In this document: positions 32,704 through 37,766 of the stretch, piece after piece
Layout: each line of letters opens with the position of its first letter
Numbering within the stretch: the first letter of the stretch is position 1
IMG/VR virus record: IMGVR_UViG_3300009421_000002
Length of the DNA stretch: 37,766 bases
Strand: one strand, 5' to 3'
From: a virus
The notes under the pieces: model-generated
Databases searched by the model: none
Seen by the model: the letters and a program-made list of their open reading frames with translations, nothing else
What the model was told of the DNA's origin: nothing
Program-made: the position numbers and the translations under genes

Positions 32704-32995
32704 CCAATCTGGCACAATTGGCCCACGGCAACCACCGCAGGCCCATCCCCTGATCCGCAAGCCCCTAACACCGATTGACTGGTTTCGAGTCATCATCCAG
32801 CTAAACCGGGCTGGCAAATCGGTGTCGCTCATCGCCAGAGATACGGGCTTTCCAAACAGCACAGTGCGCTCATGGTGGGTCGGAATTGCCAACCCGCCAC
32901 ACGACAAAGGCGAAATCCTGCTGGCCTACTGGTCAGAGCACACGGGAAAATCGCAAGATCTTGCGCCACGGCTTCGCTATCCTGCGACTCGATAA
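32666..32995 (+). CDS. Ner/Nlp-like HTH DNA-binding protein
   Basis: IDWFRVIIQLNRAGKSVSLIARDTGFPNSTVRSWW...PPHDKGEILLAYW parallels the Ner pattern (DW..I...L...G.SL..LA...G........P.P.GE..IA). TTG 32666 with SD AGAGG 9 nt upstream is the only canonical start. Overlaps the resolvase gene by 38 nt. Confidence 0.6.
   Translation: MGITGSVRGWDGSQSGTIGPRQPPQAHPLIRKPLTPIDWFRVIIQLNRAGKSVSLIARDTGFPNSTVRSWWVGIANPPHDKGEILLAYWSEHTGKSQDLAPRLRYPATR
32950..32983 (+). promoter_or_regulatory. Late-promoter-like element C: ATCGCAAGATCTTG (full palindrome CGCAAGATCTTGCG), 14 nt, TATCCT
   Basis: Motif at 32950-32963 and hexamer at 32978-32983. It lies within the last 46 nt of the Ner-like gene, upstream of the portal operon. 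Confidence 0.55.
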
Positions 32996-33033
32996 CCTCA
33001 GATTCCCCGTTAACGAGACCAGGAGCCACCCAC

Positions 33034-33399
33034 ATGGCCAAACGCAACGCTGTACCAGGCGAAACCATTGACGCGACCAACGAAAACGCACCAGACGCCG
33101 CTGATGCGGTCGAGATGACTGCGGCTGTCGAGCACGATACCGCGTCAGAGGTCGAAGCCAATGACGACTTGAACACCGATCAGCTGGTGCAGATCCTATC
33201 CGAGCGCCTGGAAATGCAAGCCGACGAGATTGGCGAGCTTCGCGCAGAACTGCAACAGCTCAAGCTGGTGGTGATGAAGGTCAGCGCAGGCGTTCAGCGA
33301 GAACCAGAAGCGCCGCAGATGTCACGAGCAGAGGCCACCGAAAAGGCCAAGATGACCGGCAAAGCTCAACTATCCGTTGACGGCTACATCCAGCCCTAA
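33034..33399 (+). CDS. Acidic coiled-coil protein, 121 aa, first gene of the late operon
   Basis: ATG 33034 with SD AGGAG at 33021-33025. The ORF-track start at 32872 overlaps the Ner-like gene. Confidence 0.55.
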   Translation: MAKRNAVPGETIDATNENAPDAADAVEMTAAVEHDTASEVEANDDLNTDQLVQILSERLEMQADEIGELRAELQQLKLVVMKVSAGVQREPEAPQMSRAEATEKAKMTGKAQLSVDGYIQP

Positions 33400-33413
33400 A
33401 CCGGGAGCTAGTT

Positions 33414-33620
33414 ATGTGCGGTAAGAAGCCGAGCCTTCCTGAAGTCGAGAAAGTCGATGTTGAGGCGCAGCAGCGCGATGCCGAGGTCAAGGCCAGTCAG
33501 CGAGCGCAGCAAGAGAACAGCCAGCGCCAGCAACGTCGGCGGCGCTCGTCTTTGGATCGGGGCCGGGGCTCAGCGTTAAGCCTTTATGGTGGTGGTAGCA
33601 GTTCATTGGGCGGACGTTGA
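33414..33620 (+). CDS. Small basic Gln/Arg/Ser/Gly-rich protein, 68 aa
   Basis: SD GGGAG. Lies directly upstream of the portal gene with a TGATG overlap. Confidence 0.5.
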   Translation: MCGKKPSLPEVEKVDVEAQQRDAEVKASQRAQQENSQRQQRRRRSSLDRGRGSALSLYGGGSSSLGGR

Positions 33621-35245
33621 TGTATGACTCAAAATTAGCGGAGCGGATTTGCAAGCGCCAAGTGCGGCTTTCGGGTCTGCGCGGCCCGCACGAGAACCGC
33701 TGGCGCGATGGGTTCAACTACTCATTCACCGAGCGAGCCGATGCGTTTTACGGCTCAAGCAACATGGTCAACAACGACCAGCACAAAAAACCCAAGATCG
33801 TTGACTCGACTGGCCTTGATGCGTGCAAGACGCTATCGGCTGGCATCGTTGGGGCGATTGTCCCCAGCAATATGCAATGGTTTGATCTAACCTCGGGCGA
33901 TGATGACCAGATTGAGCACAACGATTGGTTGAGCGAATCGGGCCGGTTCATCTGGGAGAACATCCACGCGAGCAACTTTGACTCGACCGTGAACGACAAC
34001 TTCCATGATGCCGTGGTCGCTGGTTGGTTCGTGCTGTACTGCGAAGAAGCCGAGGGCGGTGGGTTTAACTTTGAGTGGTGGCCGATAGGCGAATGTTTTG
34101 TCAGCGCTTCAAAGTCTGGCGGCATGATCGATACGATTTACCGCGAGATGACCAAGAGCGTCGAGCAGTGCGTCAACGAATACGGCCTTGAGAATGTCAG
34201 CAAGCAAACCCGCGAGCTGTACATGAAGGGGCCGGATCAGTGGGACAAAACGGTCGAGCTGCTTTACTGCATTGAGCCCCGCCAGCAGAACAATCCAGAT
34301 TCACCCTTCGCCAAAGATTTGCCATTTGCCGCGTACCACGTTGAGAAGGCCAACAAGCACATCTGTCGCGAGTCTGGCTATCACGAGTTCCCTTGCGCAG
34401 TGCCCCGCGTTCGTATCATTCCCAAAAGCCACTACGCCATCGGCCCGTATGACGATGCACTAGCCAACGTCAAGACGCTGCAAAGCCTGGGCAAAGATGA
34501 GATTCAGGCGAGCGAGCTGGCGGTAGGCGGGATCTGGAAAGCCAAAGACGATGGCGTGTTGAATCCGTCCACGGTTCGCATTGGCCCGCGTCGCGTCGTG
34601 ATCGTTGCGGACATGGCGAATTTCGAGCGCATGGATACGTCCAACGGTCGGGGAGCGCAGCAAGGCTGGTCAACTAAGCAGGACTTGCAACAGCAGATCC
34701 GCAAGCAGATGCGCACTGATCAGCTTGAGCCGCAGGACAAGCCGCAAATGACCGCCTATGAGGTCAGCGTGCGCGTGGCAATGATTCGGACGCTGATCGG
34801 CCCGGAGTTCAATCGCTTTGAGAATGAATTCCTGGGCGTGATCGTTAAACGCTGCTTTGCTATTTCGATGCGGGCTGGCGTGCTGGGTGATCCACCCGAA
34901 GGATTGGAAGCCTACTCGGTTGATTACACCTCACCATTGGCCAGGGCTCAAAAGCAAGAGGATGCCGAGGCTACCAAGATGTTTGTCGGTTACGTCAATG
35001 AGCAGGCGCAAGTCACGGGCGATACCTCAGTGCTCGACATTATCAACAAAGACAAAGCGAATCGGCATGTGGCGGACGGCACCAACGTTCCGACCGACAT
35101 CCTCAACAGCCCAGATGAGATAGCCGAGATCCGCAAAACCCGAGAGCGCCAAGCGCAAGAGCAGGCCAAGCAAGAGGAACAGCAGCAGATGCAGGTAATG
35201 GCGGCTGAGGGTGCAGCGAAACGCGCAGGAGCAATGGCACTATGA
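33620..35245 (+). CDS. Portal (podovirus head-to-tail connector type)
   Basis: About 541 aa. IVDSTGLDACKTLSAGIVGAIVPSNMQWFDL fits the conserved connector N-terminal motif. Acidic Gln/Glu-rich C-terminus. Confidence 0.7.
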   Translation: MYDSKLAERICKRQVRLSGLRGPHENRWRDGFNYSFTERADAFYGSSNMVNNDQHKKPKIVDSTGLDACKTLSAGIVGAIVPSNMQWFDLTSGDDDQIEHNDWLSESGRFIWENIHASNFDSTVNDNFHDAVVAGWFVLYCEEAEGGGFNFEWWPIGECFVSASKSGGMIDTIYREMTKSVEQCVNEYGLENVSKQTRELYMKGPDQWDKTVELLYCIEPRQQNNPDSPFAKDLPFAAYHVEKANKHICRESGYHEFPCAVPRVRIIPKSHYAIGPYDDALANVKTLQSLGKDEIQASELAVGGIWKAKDDGVLNPSTVRIGPRRVVIVADMANFERMDTSNGRGAQQGWSTKQDLQQQIRKQMRTDQLEPQDKPQMTAYEVSVRVAMIRTLIGPEFNRFENEFLGVIVKRCFAISMRAGVLGDPPEGLEAYSVDYTSPLARAQKQEDAEATKMFVGYVNEQAQVTGDTSVLDIINKDKANRHVADGTNVPTDILNSPDEIAEIRKTRERQAQEQAKQEEQQQMQVMAAEGAAKRAGAMAL

Positions 35246-35766
35246 GTGGCGAAGTCGATGACGTGTTGCAAGCCGATGGATGGTTAGTCAGTGGGCTGGC
35301 GACTTCGGGATCTGCCAGCCTGCTAACTACCTCTGGCGAAATGAACGAGACGTTGACGGTTGATGGCTGGGATGTTGGCGATACGGGGAGCGGGACGATT
35401 GGCAAAGCCCGAATCCTCACCGCCAACCTGCTACCCGTCACCGCGCTATCAGAGTCAGGCGATGCGGTTGCAACGCACAGTGTTCCGAATCTGCCTTCTG
35501 GCGTGACAGTGACGGGGTGGTCGTTGACGGCAGGTGACACGCAATTCAATCTGATTGACAACGGCGCTACTGCTGATGTAACGGTTGACGATCTGACCGG
35601 CGTTAGCGCTGACACGAGCTACACGGTGCAAGCGACATTGAGCGCGGGTGATCCGTTGGTGCGAGTTGTGACCGTCACGTTTGCCGAGCCTGTTGGCTAC
35701 GCATTGGAAGTTGAACCGGGCTTTGCGCTCGAAATTGAACCGGGCTTTGCCCTTGAGGTGGCGTAA
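35242..35766 (+). CDS. 174-aa Thr/Gly/Ser-rich structural protein with a C-terminal octapeptide repeat; possible tailspike adaptor
   Basis: ATGA overlap with the portal gene and TAATG overlap with the tailspike gene. Ends GYALEVEP GFALEIEP GFALEVA. Confidence 0.5.
   Translation: MSGEVDDVLQADGWLVSGLATSGSASLLTTSGEMNETLTVDGWDVGDTGSGTIGKARILTANLLPVTALSESGDAVATHSVPNLPSGVTVTGWSLTAGDTQFNLIDNGATADVTVDDLTGVSADTSYTVQATLSAGDPLVRVVTVTFAEPVGYALEVEPGFALEIEPGFALEVA
35695..35763 (+). repeat. Three tandem 24-nt units encoding G(Y/F)ALE(V/I)EP
   Basis: ggctacgcattggaagttgaaccg / ggctttgcgctcgaaattgaaccg / ggctttgcccttgaggtggcg. Confidence 0.85.
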
Positions 35767-37382
35767 TGGCTATTACTGATGGAAATGGGGATTTAGTCCC
35801 GTCAAAGAATCCGGCTTCAATATCGGCGGCAAATTGGGGCGCAGTTCGTGCTGCTATGAATCTGTTTCGAGACGCTTCGGAATGGGGCGTCACCTACGAT
35901 TCATCAGTCGATTCATCAACTGAAGCGCAGGCAGCTATTGATGCCAACAAGGGCGGCTTTTTAGTCTTTTCAAAAGACTTCATGGCCAAAGACCTGAAGA
36001 TGGACGACAGCACCTACAACGGCACGACCATTATCATGGAAGGCCGGATGTACTTAGCCGGTAACGGTAGCGCCAACACGCCGGGGCTTGCTGTACCAGC
36101 AGGACTATACATCGGGCCGGTTGCAGACGTGACGTTACACTTCAGAGGGCACGGCAACCGCTTAAACATGACAGTTCGGGAACAGATCAGCTTGCTTGTG
36201 CTGGCGGGTTGTACGAACCTAAATATTCCTGAGTTTGATGCTGTTGAATGTCGAGGCGATGGCGTCTACATGACGCACACGGGTTCAGGATCATTAGGCG
36301 ACTATTGTGATGGCGTTCACTTTGGAAGATTTAGGGCGGTCAACAGCGCAACAGATGGCCGCAACGGACTGACAATCATCACAGGCAAAAATATTGTTGT
36401 TGATGATTACTATTCAAATCGGTTCGGACACTTGGTCGGCGGTGGTTCTATGCCTGGTGGTATTGACATTGAGCCAAACAATTTATATGAACTTGTCGAA
36501 AATGTTCAGATTGGAAAGGCGTTTATTCGCACTGTTGGAACGGCTGGCTTTGCGGTTCATGGCCAGAGCAGCAAACTGACCGTCAATGTCACTTGTGCAA
36601 ATTTGGTGATTGAGAACTATGTAGACCCCTTTATTGACGATCAAAACAGCAATACCACGCAAGCATCCACAACGCGGTTAATCAGAGTCGCCAATGCTCG
36701 ACAGGTAAAGATTAGTGCCGTGGGGCGGTTCATAAACGCCTACGGAGTGGGATTAGAAATTCAGGGGTCAGATGACTGCAATATTGCGTTGCAAGCCACC
36801 AAAGTTCACTACGGCCTCTATGCTGGTGGGGTTGCCGTTTACGGAGGGGCCAAGGACTGCGATCGTTGCCGACTTGATGTAGTCGCAACCGATGTATCCC
36901 GATATGGCGCATACGTTGCCAATCTCTTTGACTGCGTTGTTGCGGGCACGGTTAGTGATCCCAAGACAGCCTTTTACACCAATCGGTTTGGGGTTTACTG
37001 CGCTGAAACTTTAACTAGAACTCGGTTTGAAATGGGCGTTGAGTATTCTGCTGATTGGACTCGCGCCTATAGAAACGCTGCTGCAACCTACACCAGCGTT
37101 GTCTTGAATGGTGTGGACCTATCAGCGTTCACGACTGTTAACAACCGGGTTGACGATACGGTAATGAAGCGAACGAACAGCCCTGGCGCTTCAGATGGAA
37201 CAGCGCAGCCTAATGATGGTTCGTGGGTTCAGGGGCAGTTCTACCAAGACACTGCATCGTCAAAAACTGCGAATGGGAACATCAGAACAGGATGGCTGAG
37301 ACTGACGACCGGTGCTGCCAATGTCGCGGGTACAGATTGGGAGCCGGTCTACCAGCCGACCACTGATGTCTCCCACGCTTGA
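35766..37382 (+). CDS. Tailspike with pectate-lyase-superfamily (right-handed beta-helix) signature; probable depolymerase
   Basis: EWGVTYDSSVDSSTEAQAAIDANKGGFLVF matches the opening of the Pectate_lyase_3-type domain. The rest is repetitive and G/N/V-rich. 538 aa. Confidence 0.65.
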   Translation: MAITDGNGDLVPSKNPASISAANWGAVRAAMNLFRDASEWGVTYDSSVDSSTEAQAAIDANKGGFLVFSKDFMAKDLKMDDSTYNGTTIIMEGRMYLAGNGSANTPGLAVPAGLYIGPVADVTLHFRGHGNRLNMTVREQISLLVLAGCTNLNIPEFDAVECRGDGVYMTHTGSGSLGDYCDGVHFGRFRAVNSATDGRNGLTIITGKNIVVDDYYSNRFGHLVGGGSMPGGIDIEPNNLYELVENVQIGKAFIRTVGTAGFAVHGQSSKLTVNVTCANLVIENYVDPFIDDQNSNTTQASTTRLIRVANARQVKISAVGRFINAYGVGLEIQGSDDCNIALQATKVHYGLYAGGVAVYGGAKDCDRCRLDVVATDVSRYGAYVANLFDCVVAGTVSDPKTAFYTNRFGVYCAETLTRTRFEMGVEYSADWTRAYRNAAATYTSVVLNGVDLSAFTTVNNRVDDTVMKRTNSPGASDGTAQPNDGSWVQGQFYQDTASSKTANGNIRTGWLRLTTGAANVAGTDWEPVYQPTTDVSHA

Positions 37383-37532
37383 TTATGACCCCCACACACC
37401 GGCACCCGGATGTTCAACGGCCATGACCCATTCCCCGGTTATTTGCGCGTCAGGCTTTCTATTGTTAAAAGCAAATTGCAAAAAACTATGAAAAACACCA
37501 ACGGCTTGTCAGGGCGACAAGGTGATCGGCTA

Positions 37533-37766
37533 ATGATCCGATTCCTCTGTTTGCTGTGGCCTGGGGCGCTGGGTTACCTTGGCGCTTACAGTGCGGCTTC
37601 CAGCACTTCTCGCGTGTTCGCGTCGATTCCAAACGGTCAAGTGATTGGTGTTGCTATAGAAATATTGGCGGTCTTGTTATTGCTAGAAGTAACGTTGTTT
37701 CTGGTGGTGCCGGCGTGGCGGCGGTTCTGTCGAGCAAGTGGATTGCTTTATGTGTTTGCCGGGACA
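37533..37766 (+). CDS. 5' part of a junction-spanning multi-TM membrane protein (123 aa once the overlap is collapsed); first gene of the lysis cluster
   Basis: ATG 37533 with SD AAGGTGA at 37519-37525. The frame stays open to the window end and continues in frame 1 at base 1. An in-frame ATG at 37488 has no SD. Confidence 0.6.
   Translation, partial: MIRFLCLLWPGALGYLGAYSAASSTSRVFASIPNGQVIGVAIEILAVLLLLEVTLFLVVPAWRRFCRASGLLYVFAGT
37644..37766. repeat. Right copy of the 123-nt terminal redundancy
   Basis: Identical to bases 1-123. It lies inside an open reading frame. Confidence 0.95.

Noticed and set aside
37441-37532. AT-rich stretch (TTGTTA ... TATGAA) before the lysis cluster, considered as a promoter. 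Also the in-frame ATG at 37488.
   Set aside because: The spacer would be 19 nt and the late 14-mer is absent. ATG 37488 lacks an SD, while ATG 37533 has AAGGTGA.
1-37766. CRISPR arrays, transposons/IS elements, integrase or attachment-site repeats.
   Set aside because: I saw no regularly spaced direct repeats, no transposase- or integrase-like ORF, and no flanking host sequence. The window is entirely phage.

Overview
The window is one complete tailed-phage genome. Bases 1-123 repeat exactly at 37644-37766, so the unique sequence is 37,643 bp and closes on itself. A membrane-protein ORF reads straight through the junction.

Gene content looks like a T7/BPP-1-style podovirus of a Gram-negative host that lacks its own polymerases. 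There are three transcription blocks:
- Late + strand block, about 33.0 kb through the junction to 22.4 kb: portal, small repeat-tailed protein, beta-helix tailspike, six-gene lysis cassette, 1193-aa double-glycosidase protein, Ig-domain protein, Bbp19-like protein, scaffold, major capsid, cement protein, gp11-like adaptor, gp12-like nozzle, GNAT acetyltransferase, four internal/ejection proteins, candidate small terminase, large terminase.
- Leftward early operon, 27995 down to 22417: three tiny membrane peptides, PD-(D/E)xK exonuclease, RecT, DUF1351-like protein, a lipoprotein and unknowns. Almost every junction is an ATGA overlap.
- Rightward early operon, 28109 to 32995: a probably leaderless Cro/CI-type HTH gene, a 740-nt non-coding tract, many unknowns, a RuvC-like resolvase and a Ner-like HTH protein.

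By eye I found no tRNA, CRISPR, integrase, reverse transcriptase, DNA or RNA polymerase, primase or helicase.

The observations most worth follow-up:
1. A palindromic 14-mer (TTCGCAAGATCTTG) sits exactly 14 nt upstream of a -10-like hexamer at three late-module boundaries.
2. The lysis cassette has no canonical endolysin or spanin. It has a DUF5675-type protein, several membrane proteins and a small protein with a prokaryotic phospholipase-A2-like motif.
3. The 740-nt non-coding tract holds a C-rich/G-poor stretch, a branched RNA fold ending in U6 with pseudoknot potential, and a perfect DnaA box.
4. A GNAT gene is embedded among the ejection-protein genes.
5. The 1193-aa protein carries two glycosidase-like barrels.

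All domain calls come from reading motifs by eye. No alignment or folding software was run.
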